Source: Lama glama (lineage: Eukaryota). From it: a stretch of 64,000 bases of DNA. The DNA lies in NCBI GenBank assembly GCA_028534125.1, contig CM052817.1, positions 101,558,001 to 101,622,000 on the forward strand. Reading direction: 5' to 3'. A model generated the notes under the pieces. That model ran no database searches. It had not been told where the DNA came from and worked only from the letters and a program-made list of their open reading frames with translations. Positions 36,545 to 50,297 of the stretch are shown one piece after another. Every line of letters begins with the position of its first letter. Position 1 is the first letter of the stretch. Position numbers and translations under genes: made by a program.

Positions 36545-37745
36545 AGCCTCTTATTTTGACAAATTTCAAAGCTCAGAAGAATTGAAATGTCTAGTACAGT
36601 GAATATGCAAACGTTCCCCCTCTGGACTCCCCAGTTATTGACATGTTAGCACTTTTGCTTTTTTCTCTCTCTCTCCGTCCATATCTATGTGCGCACACAC
36701 GTTTCCTTTGTGCTGAGTTACTTGAAAGTAAACTGTCAATATCACTTCAGCCTCCAGTACTTTATTAGGGAATAATTTCTTTCCTAAGGAGAATATTCTC
36801 CTACATATAACAGCACTGTCATTACATACCCTGCAAACTTCATATTGATACAATTATGTTATCTAACATATGTTCTGTATTCACATTTCCCAAGTTGGCC
36901 CCCCAAATATCTGTTACAGTTGTCTTTTTCTTTCTCCTTTTTTTTTTTTTTTAAATCCAGGATCACGCGTTGCATTTGGTGGCCACGTTCCCTTAATTTT
37001 CTTTAGACTACTGTCCCCTCCCTTTTCTTCCTTTTTCATCATAGTGATCTTTCAGAGCATCCTAGCCAGTCTCATAGGACATTCAGCACTCTGGATTTTG
37101 CCTGTTGCTTCTTTAAGTTTGCCTTCCTGTTAAACGTTCCTGCTAAACGTTCTGGGGAAGAGTGCTGATGACTCGGTTGGCCCTGGTCCTTGTCACTTCA
37201 GGCCGCCTGTCAATGTCATTTGGTCCCATTACTGGTGTAGCGCAGTTGAATCCTTTGACTTGCCGTTGTACGTGTGACAGGCCTCTGTCCATTGTAGGTG
37301 TTTTTTCCTTTGGCAAGTAAAAAGCTGTATGGGCTGTGATCATTGGAGACCTTGCACATTTCCTGTTCCCTCAGAATGTTTCCCACTGTGATTTTATTAA
37401 CCATCGATAATCCTTGCCTGGGATCACTTGTTGAATTGCTGGCTGCAAAAATGGTGGTTTCTAATGATTCACTCTACACTCTTTTTGGGCATCACTGTGG
37501 ATTTTTTGGTTATTGCCACCATTACCATCATTATTATCTTTGATGCCAACTTGTCCCAAATTTGGCTGAGGGCGTCCTTCAAGGCTCGCTCGTGGGTCCC
37601 TTTGACACATGCCCATCATTCTTCGAGCACTTTCTTGCTTTCTAGTAAAACGGGATGTTCCAGGATCATCCTATACTTGGTCTTCCCCAGACCCAGAAGA
37701 AGCCATTTTTCTTTCCAAAAGCCTTTTACTCCTTTAAGGGGGAGT
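36545..37745 (-). mobile_element. Old L1 (L1MC-like) 3' region
   Basis: aaatttcaaa...tagtacagtgaa...ccagttattgacat..., aaggagaatattctcctacata, aatccaggatcacgcgttgcatttggt. Confidence 0.65.
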
Positions 37746-37814
37746 GATATTTAGTGATTTCTCTTTTTTCTGCCCAAGTTATTTTGATGATTTCTTTCTT
37801 TATGAATCACCCAG

Positions 37815-37956
37815 GAGGAGTGTATTAGGAACAACACGGTTTGCCCACTTGAAGCGATCCAGGGAGTCAGAACCCTTTGCTTCCTTCCTGCCTCGCCTGA
37901 TCCCTCAGCCTGGCATCATGCTGAACTTCAGTGCCACCGCCCTGAGGAGCAGCGTG
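37815..37956 (+). CDS. TMEM131L: TMEM131L exon 17
   Basis: acccag|...GTG|gtgagc; 142 nt; [47 protein letters not shown]. Confidence 0.95.
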
Positions 37957-38547
37957 GTGAGCATCCTCGGTGTCTTTTCATCTCTCCGCCAGGGACACCC
38001 CAGCGCTTGGGTTTTTACGTTACCAGAGTCTTTCCACCTTGAAATGCTGCTTCAGAACCAGAATTCTTTTAAATTTAAGAGACACACACCTGCCACTCAG
38101 CCCTTAGAGTTGGAAGGTGTCCAAGTAAGGAATAAAACTCTGAAACAGACTGGAAGTGCATAAAAGAAATACATTTTATGAAGTCTGTGTTCAATTCAAA
38201 ATCTGCCAGCTGAGCAAGTGTTCAGCTGCCCACCACAGAGAATCGTGACTGACACAGGCCTCGGCAGGTGTGAGTGGGTGCGGCGCTCACTGGGAGAGGT
38301 CTGGGAAGCGGCTCGGTGATGCCTGCTGCCCCGCCATCCTCATCCTCGGCCGCTGGCTCCCGACTGTGGGCCTCTCTCCCCCAGCAGCGGTGGTGGGGAG
38401 GGCGGGCAGAGGGAAAGAAGACGCCAGCAGACCTGAGTTTTTGTCTCGTAAGCCTCCTTGCCCAAGAGCTAGATCACACGTGGTCTGAGTAGTAAGTTAC
38501 ACTTATTCAGGTGCTTGTTGAGTTTCTTAGGACATTCTAAAACCGCT

Positions 38548-38724
38548 TGTTTTTTTTTTTCAGTATATACATTTTTGTTGAAGTACAGTCAGTTGACACA
38601 ATATTGTGTCAATTTCTGGTGTACAGCACAATGCTTCAGTCATATAGCAACAAACATATATTTGTTTTCATATTCTTTCTCACCATAAGTTACTACGAGA
38701 CGTTGAATATAGTTCCCTGTGCTA
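38548..38724 (-). mobile_element. Truncated L1 3' end
   Basis: Terminus motifs; TSD ctaaaac(c/t)gctt. Confidence 0.85.
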
Positions 38725-38734
38725 CTAAAACTGC

Positions 38735-39180
38735 TTTTTAATGAAACTTTTATTTTGAAATCATTTCAACTTGGAGAAAAGTTTCAAGAGGGGACAAGAC
38801 CTCCCCATTGCCCTTCACGAAGATGCATCCATCTCTGACGTTTGCCACACTCGCTCCACGGCTTCCTCTCTCTTTCCACACACACGCATTTTTAGGGGCC
38901 ACTTGAGAGGGCCAGACGTTATGCCTCCACCTCTAACTACTCCCGTGTGAATTTCCGTAGAGCAACATCTTCTGACGTGTCAGAGGATAATGATCGGAAT
39001 CAGAAAATGTAACATTAATCATAATAATGTTCTCTCACCTGCAGTCTGCCTTCCAGCTCTCCCAGTTATCCCACCAGCAGGCTTCGCAGCTTTTTTTTTG
39101 TCCTGGCTGGGGGATCCAGGATCTCTCAGGGCTGGTCAGGTGGCTTCCCCTTCTTGGATCTTTCTTAGTCTCTCTTCTCG
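38735..39180 (-). mobile_element. Old L1 (L1MC-like) fragment
   Basis: ttttattttgaaatcatttcaacttggagaaaagtttcaaga... Confidence 0.55.
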
Positions 39181-39190
39181 GAGCACACTC

Positions 39191-39768
39191 TTTTTTTTTT
39201 TTTCCATTTTTCAGTTTTATTAGGTAGAATTGTTACAATTTGACTGCACATATACCATATATTGCATGTAAATACATATACACGATATACTGCACATATT
39301 TTAAAAAATTTACATGTATGTACTGTTCATTGTTTCTAAGAACGTTTAAAGCTTTAGCTTTTTAAGCTTACATATTTGTCAGTGGAATAAAGCCAACCAC
39401 AAAATAAGAATTAATTCAGAAAGACACATACAGCCCACTATTAACAGCAACATTATTTATAAGTGCTGAGATATGGAAGCATCCTAAATCAGTAGGTGAA
39501 TGGATAAAGAAGATGCAGCATATATATGTAATGGAATACAGCTCACCCGTAAGAAGGAAGGCTATTTTGCTATTTGCAGCCCTTCATAGACTTTTTTTTT
39601 CCTCTTCAAAAACCAGAATTGTATAACTGGCATAAACATTTCTACTGCATCAAGAGAACAAAATACCTAGAAATAAACTTAACCAAGGAGATTACCTGTA
39701 CTCTGAAAACTGTAAAACACTGATGAAGGAAATTGAAGATGACACAAAGAAACCGAAAGAAATCTTGT
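39191..39768. mobile_element. Rearranged/inverted L1 insertion
   Basis: Minus-strand poly(A) tail element (39191-39414) joined to + strand ORF2 pieces: EWIKKM region 39413-39580 and KYL.INLTK...ENCKTLMKEIEDDTKK region about 39640-39768. Confidence 0.8.
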
Positions 39769-39939
39769 CAGAGCACAGACACTTTTGAGGCGTTCAGGCC
39801 ATCTGTTCTCCATGCTGTCCCTCGAGTTGATGGCTGCGTTGCTTTGCATGGTTAGCTGCAGGGGATACGTTTGTGCAGGAATGTCTCAGAAGCGGTGCCG
39901 CCTTTCTCGGGGTTCTGACTCTCCTCTCCCCGCATCTAG

Positions 39940-40049
39940 GTGAAGTACTTTGTAGTGAAGAATCCTTCCTCTCTGCCGGTCTCCCTGCAGCTCCTGCCCA
40001 TCTCCCTGTACCCCAGACCCGAGGCCGCTGTGCGCCTGCTCCACAAATG
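39940..40049 (+). CDS. TMEM131L: TMEM131L exon 18
   Basis: atctag|...ATG|gtaacg; 110 nt; [37 protein letters not shown]. Confidence 0.95.
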
Positions 40050-40529
40050 GTAACGCCCAGTCCTGAAGACTCCTCGGGGGGAGGGGTTTTGGGAAGTCCT
40101 GTTTAGACCCAGCATTGTGAAACATCCTTCACATTCTCCCTGGGGCCTGTGTGTGGCTGTGCACCAGCTGCCTGTGCACACCCCTGATGGCAGTTCCCAG
40201 CTATGTGTACCTTGTGGTGTCTTGTCTTCCTGGGTCAAGTCCAGGCCCCCAGCAGAATATTCTTTTCTTGTCAGGGAACCTTTGCAGTCGCAATGATTCA
40301 CATACATTCCTAAAATTTATCATCGAAATGCTGGTGATCTCTGGGCAACGTGAGAAATGACGTTATTGGTTTAGTGCGTTTTCATTTCATGTTGCTAATA
40401 AACAAGATGGGATAATATTGTTTGTGTCTGTTACATCTAATTTTCGCATAGCAATCACAGTTCCACCTAGAACATTTCCTCTTTTGGCTTAGTAAGACCT
40501 CCCCTGATCCCCAGGTCTGAGCTTCAGCC

Positions 40530-40725
40530 CTGTTCACGTGGCAGAGCAGAGGAGTCTGTGTTTGAGGAGGGGGACGGGGTGTTCTGTGCTTTGAAGTTAT
40601 TTAGCAGCGACCCTGGTTTCCACCCAGTGGATGCCAGTAGGACCTCCCCAGCCGCAACAAACAAATGTCTCAAGACATGGCCACGTGTCCACTGAGATAA
40701 AACTGTCCTTGGCCAAGAGTTCCTA
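40530..40725. mobile_element. MER20-like hAT MITE
   Basis: tttagcagcgaccctggtttccacccagtggatgccagtagg...aaatgtctcaagacatggcca. Confidence 0.7.
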
Positions 40726-41020
40726 TCAGGTTCCATAGCTGTGGACCATTTAAAGAAAAAGAAATTGCTTCATCTTTAAAGCTTTTGTCACCTTATACTT
40801 TTTTACATTCTGTGCTGTCAGCGTTATTCATTCCACAGTATTTATTGAGTTCTTAGAATATGTCAGGTATGGTGTGAGGGTCTGGGACCCCAGAGTGTAA
40901 GGACAGGTGGATTGCGTCTGTGTGCAGGTACATGTACTTGTGTGTGTGTGTTTGTATTATATGTAATTCTTCCTTCCTTGGTGCTCTGAATGCTATTTTA
41001 CACATTTTTTTTCTTTGTAG

Positions 41021-41093
41021 GTTTGGCACCGATACACAGATGATTAATTTCACAACTGGTGAATTCCAGCTCACCAAAGCTTGCCCTTACCAG
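41021..41093 (+). CDS. TMEM131L: TMEM131L exon 19
   Basis: ttgtag|...CAG|gtaggg; 73 nt; [24 protein letters not shown]. Confidence 0.96.
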
Positions 41094-41988
41094 GTAGGGT
41101 GTCGTCTTTAAACAGAAAAAAGAATGCTGACAAACTAGACGCATAGCATTTGGGCCTCACTGATTTATGTTCCAAGTGTTTTTATGTAATATATGTGGCT
41201 CTCTTATTTTTATATTCTAGAATTAAGTATGCATAGCAGATTTTTCCAATTAACTCAGGCAGCAGGAGCCCCTGGTTCATGTGAGCCTGCAAATCATTTT
41301 AATGTGATTATTTAGATTCTTGTGAGTGAAGAAATAAAAACTGAATCAGAGCTATGGAGAAAACCATAAAACTTGAGACCCCATAATTTATAATTCTCCT
41401 AAGATTCCTTGGCCCCATCAGATTCTTTTTAAAGGCAAGATAAAGTAAAAGCAATTAAAAAAATCTTCTCTCACTAAACTGACTTCATATTTTTTTTAGC
41501 AAACCAGCCAATTTCTGTGATAGTCACCTCATCTATATAAAAGGATTTCTCTGAAAATCTTAATGCTCTGGGCACTCAGGAGGTCTTGGATAAATACTGA
41601 GAAGACGGCGTAAACACGTCATGTGGCAAGGGTGTTGTTTGGGAACTTGGCAGCCTGGTTTCTGAGTTTTCACGCAGTCGTTCTGTGGCTCAGTGGTGTA
41701 GCTGAGCACTTTCCTCACGTGTTCTGTGCCAGAGATCAATTCAAACATGAAGCATCTCTTAAAAAAAATACGCACATACCCCTGTGAACACACATATGCG
41801 TATCACTGTATTTCTAATGCACAAACGTATTTAAATACCTTGGGTGCTTTTTTCTTTCTCTGCCCTTACCACCCCCTCCAAAGGTACACTGTTGGCTCCA
41901 GATTACCTTGAAAGAGGGAGGCCATAGATAACCTCCAGCTGAGAGTTAAAATAGAAGGAGTCAAAGCAGGCTTTTTAAGTGGGTTTTT

Positions 41989-42496
41989 TTTTTTTAATTG
42001 AAGCATAGTCAGTATACAATGTTGTGTCAATTTCTGGTCCACAGCATAGTGATTCAGTCATATGTGTACGTACATGTATTCGTTTTCATATTCTTTCTCA
42101 TTGTGTGTTACTACGGGATACTAAATACAGTTCCCTGTACTATACAGAAGAAACTTGTTGTTTATCTATTTTATATATAGTAGTTAGTATCTGCAAGTCT
42201 TGAACTCCCAATGTATCCCTTCCCACCCCCTTTCCCTCTGGTAACCATAAGTTTGTTGTCTGTGTCTGTTTCTGTTTTGTAAGTTCATTTGTCTTTTTTT
42301 TTAGATTCCACGTATAAGGTATACCATATGATAGTTTTCTTTCTCTTTCTGGCTTAACATCACTTAGAATGACAATCACCAGGTCCATCCATGTTGCTGC
42401 AGATGGCATTACTTTATTATTTTTATGGCTGAGTAGTATTCCACTGTACAAAAATACCACAGCTTCTTTATCCAGTCATCTGTCAATAGACATTGA
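41989..42496 (-). mobile_element. L1 3' end
   Basis: Terminus motifs, PSAATWMDLVIVILS; TSD agtgggttttt. Confidence 0.9.
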
Positions 42497-44126
42497 GTGG
42501 GTTTTTAATGGAGATGTTTTTACAGTAGGAAACACACAATAGTAATGCTTGTTTCCCTTTGTATGTGGTCTGGGCAGCACCACCTTGTTGTGTTAGGAGC
42601 CTGCCTTGCTCTGTCCCTCTCACTTTTCTCTCCACCAAGCAGTCTCCCAGGGCTGTTGAGCGGTAAACGAGGCCAAGATGCTAACAGGATTTTGCTCCAC
42701 TACTATTTAATCATATATAATTTGAAATTCAAAAAATCATGCCAGTTTCCTTTACATGGCAATATCCTTTCTATTCAGATTTGAAAAGATGGTGCAGCTC
42801 TCTTGGAAAACATTTTTAATTGGTGATTGAAGATTTTCCCCAAGAACATATACACCTTTTATGACAAAGGAAATGATTACCATGGTTAATTTACTACATT
42901 GACAGAAAGAATAATTTCCGTGTCTTTGAGACACTCAAAACTTTAACTTAAAATTCTTATTAGAATTCTTTGTTATACAAAGGCCTACATTATTTTTGTC
43001 CATTTGCTTTTAGAAATGTAGCTCTTTTGGTTAAGAGCATGTGGGACTGGACATTCAAGTTTCCAGATATTCCGGCTCTTCCATGTAATCCTGGGGAAAT
43101 GCTTGAACCTCTCCAAGCCTCCTCGTTCTCACTCGTAATAATGTTTGAAGATTCAACAAGTTTATGGAATGCTTAGTATTTTATATATGCACCTAATTAC
43201 TTTCCAGTGCCTGGCATGGAAGAACTATTTAATAATTGGTGCTGTCATGGTTATACTTTTAATACCCTAAGTTGGCAGCTTTTTATTCAGTATTCGCATG
43301 TGTATAAAGCAGAGTTTCTCCCTCATGAAGTTTGTAATTTTAATGAAAGTGAATCAGATAACCATCACTGTTTCTTCTTTTAGGTAGCGTGGGAAATGCT
43401 AGCAATAACTGAAGGATAAAACAAACTTAAAACCTAAAAATACAGAAGAGAGAAATACTAAGCAGACTGTACAGTTAGCTCTAAAAAAATTAATAAATTA
43501 TTTTCAGTGAGAAGGAGCTAGAAAAAACAGTGGAAAGAGGGAAAGTCTACCACAGTGATAAAGAACCAAGTCTTGAATGTTAAATTTAGAACACAAAATT
43601 TTATCCAGAGAAGGTTAGAAATCTTGGAGAGAATAAAAGAGGATGTGAATAAATAAAGATCTTTCTCCTGAATGGAGAGACTAAATATAATGAAGATGGT
43701 TTGTTTATAAACTTAAACTTGACATTAAAGTGAAGTTAGGGTTGACCAGCAGTGGATGAGTGGCTCGGTCAGATCCCTGTAGTGTTTGAGCAAAGGCTAT
43801 GTGGTCTGTTTTCTAGGTGATGTTTTACATTCACAGCATCATTCCATCAAAGGCCTCTAGCCCCAGCTCCCATCCGCTCCAGGAAGCAGGTCCCCTTTCC
43901 AGCGTCCGTGTCAGGTTGTCCTGCAGCCTCTGCCTCTGCCTCTGCTGCTCAGCTGTGGCTGGGGCACCATGGATGGACGTGGGCTCTCAGGATAAACAAG
44001 TTTCACAGGTTGATTTGGCTGGTCAGGTCTAGACATTAAAGAAAAAGCAGTCATGCTTATCGTCCACAATGCACTTAACGGACGCTTGCTCTCCGGGAGT
44101 TAATTGCATTTATGAATACTTTGCAG

Positions 44127-44254
44127 GGTGTGCATGCTGAAGAATCCGGGTTTGGCGTCCTCCACTTACATTTGCAGCCTTTGGAAATGAAAAGGGTTGG
44201 AGTAGTTTTCACACCAGCTGACTATGGGAAAGTGACTTCACTCATCCTAATCCG
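44127..44254 (+). CDS. TMEM131L: TMEM131L exon 20
   Basis: ttgcag|...CCG|gtaggt; 128 nt; [43 protein letters not shown]. Confidence 0.96.
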
Positions 44255-46121
44255 GTAGGTGTGTCCCTGTCTCTTTCTTGGCTGACTGAATTTCTCAAGA
44301 ATACACAATCTCTTTAGCAAAGAGTTGACATGTACCTCTAGTCAGGCCCTCAGTGATGAGCTGTGTCTCATGGTAGGAGAGGCGTGGCTCCACACTTAAT
44401 CCCAGTGCCCCAGGCTCCTCCCTTGTACCGTGGGGTGTGAGTGCCCGTCTTCCTGGGGTGGTGGTACCCTTCACTCAGCGCCTAACCCACCATCAGAGAG
44501 AGCAGAACACACACACGAGCACACAGACACGTACTTCTCTGTCCTCAGCTCTGAAAAATAATCGAAACACTGCTGTATATACATTTTCATTCCTCAGTGT
44601 TTGGATTTATACCATTGTCCCATCTGTGTGTCTTGCTACTGGAACTCTCTGTAGCTGCAAAGGACAATGGAAAAAGTGCTTGGTTCAGCCCCCTGACTTG
44701 TATTGCTTCTTTTCCTTCCTTTTAAATGAACAATTGTTGTTAATTGATTTAAGCAGCTACATGTTTTTCATTCTTAAAATTTTTGCATCTTTAGGTAGTC
44801 TTTGAGTCTCTTCTCAAAAATTTGCAGTCAATACAGGTCTATGTTGAAGCTCTCTGAATGGCTAAGACGTCTGACAAGTTCAGTTTTTCATTAGTGTCAT
44901 TTTTGTTATTTTTTTTTGTAAAGCTTTTCTAGTGTCAGATCAGCAGGCAAAGACTTTCTGATTTTGGACGTTCTTTACTATATCATATGAGTTTGTTCTT
45001 CTGCAAGTGAGTGCTACTAAAATGAAAATGCACTAAAATAAAGTTCTTAAAATAGTTTGTTTTATTAAGCATTTTGACTAGTGCTTACTAGAACAAACGA
45101 ATAACCAATGTTCCAGTAAGCATTTTAATGCTCTGCTGACAATGTTTCATCTTAAACCCATTCTCTGTTGAAGAACTAAGATTGTAGGAAGTACAAAGAT
45201 AAGCTTTATCTCATCCCAGCTTCAACTATCCCAGACTTAAAAAGTCTCGATTTTTTTATACTAGTTAATTTATTTTTGATGGTTTCTGTATTGAGAGATA
45301 TTTTTCTGTAAACAATATTGATCATCTAATGTCACTAAAAGGCCTTTAAGTGGTTTTCCATAAAGGTTTTAATCCTCTAGAAGAGGTAAAGACATCTCAG
45401 TGTATTCTGCATAACTAGGAATGGGTTCTCTCTCTGCTTCTACTATTTACGTGAATGATAACTGGCTTTCAGTGCTGTCTCCATCATTTGAACATCATTT
45501 CCACTTAACTTTTTCATCCTGGGATTCATGATTTCATTTAATGAAAAGGCAAGGGCTAGTCTGAATTACTGTTTGACTCTTAAGAACTTGAGTCGATATA
45601 TATTATTTTTGGATGATATTTTATATCTTTAGTTCAGAAGATAGGGTCAGATTTTACTTCTAGAATTATCCCTAAGGCAGAATTTCTTAGAGTCACAATT
45701 ACTGTGAAAACTCCTTAATTCACCCTGTTAACGGCTCTTTACCAATTTGTCCTAATTTGTTAAGTGTTTCTGGGTGGCCCCCAGTTTATTTCTTCATTTT
45801 TTGTCTCTTGGAGAGTTGATGACCCCCCTGGTGCCTGCTTAGAACACTGCGGGTTTCCATCCTTGGGTGGAGACTGGAGACCGGTCATGGTCATTCGCTG
45901 GTTCTCACCCAGTCCACTTGCCGTGACTCTGCTGGGGCTTGGCGGCTTCCGTTGGCTCATGGATTCCCTGAGATGGCAGGAGATGCCACACTCTTTAAAT
46001 GGATTTTTCCCCCCCAAATCTTTAAAAACGTTTTTGCTAACTAGGAATATTCAAATTCAAGTCACTGTATCTTGTGACTCTCCTGGTAATGCTTTTTTAT
46101 TTGCATCTCCTTTCACCATAG

Positions 46122-46264
46122 AAATAACTTGACTGTTATCGACATGGTTGGCGTGGAAGGATTTGGAGCAAGAGAATTACTGAAAGTGGGTGGAAGACTT
46201 CCTGGTGCGGGAGGGTCTCTGCGATTTAAGGTGCCCGAGTCCACGCTGATGGACTGCCGCCGAC
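46122..46264 (+). CDS. TMEM131L: TMEM131L exon 21
   Basis: ccatag|...GAC|gtgagt; 143 nt; [47 protein letters not shown]. Confidence 0.97.
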
Positions 46265-46633
46265 GTGAGTCCGAAAGCGTGGTTCCCGCGTGTGGCCTGT
46301 GTGCGTGGCGTGGCCCGTGTGCGTGGCACTCGGAAGGGCAGGCTTGGGTTTAAGCCAAGAGCAAAATGAGATTACAGGATTCTTTAAAAAATTTACATTA
46401 AATTTGTTGTATCGATGCAAATAATTAGGCAAACATTTGAGCATGTGTAGACAACTCAATTAGAACAACAGCCTTAGACATTTAACCCAATTTAAATAAT
46501 AGATATGGGGGGACAATGTATAATGTTAAGTTACCAGTAGAGTATGAAATATTAAAGATAACTAGTAATTTGGTGTATCAGTTAGCTAATCATAGAAAAT
46601 CACACCAAAATGAGAAGCAGAGAGGAGACTGGA

Positions 46634-46835
46634 AATGTGCTAACCAGTAGAACTTTTTGCAGTAATGGAAGTGTTGTACATTGTGTTGTCCAGTCTGGCA
46701 GCCACTCGCCATGTGTAGCTGATGAATGCTTAAAATACAGCTCGTGTGACTGAAAAAAAATCAATTTTTAAATTTATTTAATTTTAATTTAAGTAGCCAT
46801 ATGTGTCTAGTGGCCACTGTATCAGACGGTACAGA
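46634..46835. mobile_element. MER3-like hAT MITE
   Basis: tagaactttttgcagtaatggaa...gcagccactcgccatgtgtagct...tagccatatgtgtctagtggcc. Confidence 0.75.
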
Positions 46836-47909
46836 TTTAAACATCTACATGATCCATTAGAACTTTGTAAATTATGCATGAATTTAAATTAAGTGCTTTT
46901 AAACTATTTGTGTTAGTTTCCAGAACTTCCTCAGGAGCTAAGACAAAAAATAAAACAGATGAAAATGTTTTTGGTAAATTCTATCTTATTTTCCTATTAT
47001 TAGTTTTAGTTTCAGGAACCCACTGAAACATTATAGTGTAACAGTATGTATCCTATGGGAAAAACTCATTGAAACCAGTGGATAATTTGTAGCACGACTT
47101 TCATGACTGTTTGAATTTTTTTTTCCAGAAAATTATGCCAAATGAGCACCAAGTTTGAAAAGATTAGCCATTTTGCATTCAAATTTTCATCAGAGTGTTT
47201 CTTTTCTTCATTCATTCATTTGTTCAATAGTTTAAAGTTGGCCTTGAAAGTTTGAATTAAGGAGGAATACGAAAACTGTAGAACCAGATAAAATGTCAGT
47301 CCTTATGTGGAATAGATTGTGCATTATAGATTTATTGGAATATTTTAACATTTGATAACTGTTCCTTTTTTAAACTCCCAATATGAAATGTGCTTTTATT
47401 GATTTGCAAGGATATACCTACTTACTGCATCTTCCTGCAGTGGGAGTTTGAACTGTGTTTTTAGTGGCTGTGATGGATTTACACAGAAGCACACCCCCTC
47501 CTAACTGGGCCCTGTTCAGTGTGAGTGAGGCACAGGGTGTGTGCGTGGTGGCTAGTGGTAAGTCCAGACTCCTAGGCTTCTGAGAAGAGTAAACTTACCA
47601 CCTTAACCTTGAGTAAGTAAAAGAACAAAGAATAGATTTTGGTTACTTTGGGTACCTAGGCAGATCATTTAACTGAGGAACAACCTTGACTAGTTAAGTA
47701 TTTTTATCATATTCTGATAGTACAACAGAATCTATGACTGTTCTAGAAATTAGCTAGGAAATCATACTTTGAGCTTATACTGATTTTTTTTTTACATTTT
47801 AATCATGTAGATCATGGTTTGTGGATTCAATAAATGTTAATTTAATAAATTGTTTTAAATAAAATTTGCTGGTTCATCTGTACTAAATCTCACTTTCCAT
47901 CCTCACTAG

Positions 47910-48096
47910 AACTGAAAGACAGCAAGCAAATTTTATCTATTACAAAGAACTTCAAGGTTGAGAATATCGGACCGCTTCCTATAACTGTGACGTCTCTGAA
48001 AATTAATGGGTATAATTGCCAAGGTTATGGCTTCGAAGTGCTAGACTGTCATCAGTTTTCCTTGGACCCCAGCACATCCCGGGACATCAGCATTGT
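47910..48096 (+). CDS. TMEM131L: TMEM131L exon 22
   Basis: cactag|...TGT|gtgagc; 187 nt; [63 protein letters not shown]. Confidence 0.97.
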
Positions 48097-48305
48097 GTGA
48101 GCACTGGGCTGGAACCTCATTTAAGTTTGGGGATGCATTTAATATCTGGTGGGGAGAACCCCTTTTTCATTGGTAAGATGTCTTAAGTTGTTTTCATACA
48201 AGTATTTATCTTGTCAGTGTAAGAAATTTTGCTGCCATGATTATTTTGTTTCGTGCCTAAAATGTAAACAATGGAAGTTCGTAAAGATGGCTCTTCTGTT
48301 GTTAG

Positions 48306-48491
48306 GTTTACTCCAGACTTCACCTCTTCCTGGGTCATTCGTGAGCTGACTCTTGTGACGGCAGCAGACCTCGAGTTTCGTTTTACTCTCAACGTGACCC
48401 TCCCACATCACCTGCTGCCTCTGTGTGCGGACGTGGTTCCAGGGCCCAGCTGGGAGGAGTCGTTTTGGAGGCTCACGGTTTTCTTTGTCGG
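48306..48491 (+). CDS. TMEM131L: TMEM131L exon 23
   Basis: tgttag|...CGG|gtaagc; 186 nt; [62 protein letters not shown] (first half of the transmembrane helix). Confidence 0.97.
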
Positions 48492-49114
48492 GTAAGCTAC
48501 CACCTTCTCCACTGGAGAAGCCATCCCGGCGCGTTGCATGAAAATGGATATTGCCCAGATGTGAGCGAAGCATATGGGTTGAGTGGAGCTTAGGTGCTTT
48601 GAGAACCCTGACATTCACGAAGTAGACGAAGTAGTTACTGATAAGCTTTAAGATAATAGTAAACTAATTGTAAGAGATTCACAGGGTGACCCAAGAGTAT
48701 AGTGGACATTGTGTTCCGTCTGTGTTCAAGGGCAGTCACAGTGGAAGGTGTATATGTCGTATAACGTCTAAGATACATAAACATCGTATAAGATGCATGA
48801 TGTCTTATTAGCTTAGGACAATGGCAGTTTGAGATTAGAAGACTAGAATGACCCTTTAAGATGTGATTTTATCCTAGAAGTGTCTTTAAAAATTGAATTA
48901 GAATGTTGGAGTTAATAGTCATATTATTAGAAACTTCGTTTTTTAAAAAAATCTTTAAGAAATGTCAGAAATTGTGATGTCATACATCTTATGGGATTTT
49001 CATACCATATCTTTAGGCATTTCCCATCAACCATTCACCACTCTCCTGTAAAGCTGGTGTTTTTAACGCCAGTCAGAACCAGGCAGTAATGGACCTCGTT
49101 GCTTTCTTCCTCAG

Positions 49115-49264
49115 TCTGTCCCTGTTGGGTGTCATTTTAATAGCCTTCCAACAAGCGCAGTACATTCTGATGGAGTTCATGAAAACGAGACAGAGGCAGA
49201 ACGCCAGCTCCTCTTCACAGCAGAGCAGTGGTCCAGTGGATGTCATCGGCCCCCATTCCCACAA
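49115..49264 (+). CDS. TMEM131L: TMEM131L exon 24
   Basis: cctcag|...CAA|gtaagg; 150 nt; [50 protein letters not shown] (second half of the transmembrane helix [21 protein letters not shown]). Confidence 0.97.
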
Positions 49265-49482
49265 GTAAGGAGGATTCTTGTAGCATGTGTGTGGGCGGGT
49301 CTCACCTTTGATATCACTCATTTCTGGTTTTTATTGTAAGGTAATACACATTTGGATTCCAAGTGTGTTTTTGCACAATTTTCTTTTAAGTCTTATGTGA
49401 CCACTGTGATACTTCTTTTATGATAAGATAGACTTCACGTAAGTGTATCCAACTCTCCGAGCTTTAGAAGAACAGAATGAGT

Positions 49483-49630
49483 GGGGATGAGGGTGTAGCT
49501 CAGAGGTAGAGTGCTTACTTAGCATGCATGAGGTCCCGGGTTCAATCCCCGGTACCTCCATTAAAGTAAATAAGTAAATAAATAAACTTAATTACCTCCC
49601 CCACCAAAACAAAACAAAAAAACAAAAACA
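49483..49630 (+). mobile_element. Vic-1-type SINE
   Basis: Head and tail match, (AAAAC)n end. Confidence 0.9.
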
Positions 49631-49797
49631 TCCATGTTGCTACAAATAGCATTATTTTATGATTTTTTATGGCTGAGTAGTATTCGATTGTGTAAATATA
49701 TCATAGCTTCTTTTTTTATTAAGATTTTTTTATTGAGTTAGTCATTTTACAATGTTGTGTCAAATTCCATTGTAGAGCACAATTTTTCAGTTATACA
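49631..49797 (-). mobile_element. L1 fragments running into the assembly gap
   Basis: catccatgttgctacaaatagc... then gtcattttacaatgttgtgtcaaattccattgtagagcacaatttttcagttataca. Confidence 0.8.
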
Positions 49798-50297
49798 NNN
49801 NNNNNNNNNNNNNNNNNNNNNNNNNNNNNNNNNNNNNNNNNNNNNNNNNNNNNNNNNNNNNNNNNNNNNNNNNNNNNNNNNNNNNNNNNNNNNNNNNNNN
49901 NNNNNNNNNNNNNNNNNNNNNNNNNNNNNNNNNNNNNNNNNNNNNNNNNNNNNNNNNNNNNNNNNNNNNNNNNNNNNNNNNNNNNNNNNNNNNNNNNNNN
50001 NNNNNNNNNNNNNNNNNNNNNNNNNNNNNNNNNNNNNNNNNNNNNNNNNNNNNNNNNNNNNNNNNNNNNNNNNNNNNNNNNNNNNNNNNNNNNNNNNNNN
50101 NNNNNNNNNNNNNNNNNNNNNNNNNNNNNNNNNNNNNNNNNNNNNNNNNNNNNNNNNNNNNNNNNNNNNNNNNNNNNNNNNNNNNNNNNNNNNNNNNNNN
50201 NNNNNNNNNNNNNNNNNNNNNNNNNNNNNNNNNNNNNNNNNNNNNNNNNNNNNNNNNNNNNNNNNNNNNNNNNNNNNNNNNNNNNNNNNNNNNNNNN
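49798..50297. other. Assembly gap (500 N)
   Basis: Run of N ending 54 nt before exon 25. Confidence 1.
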
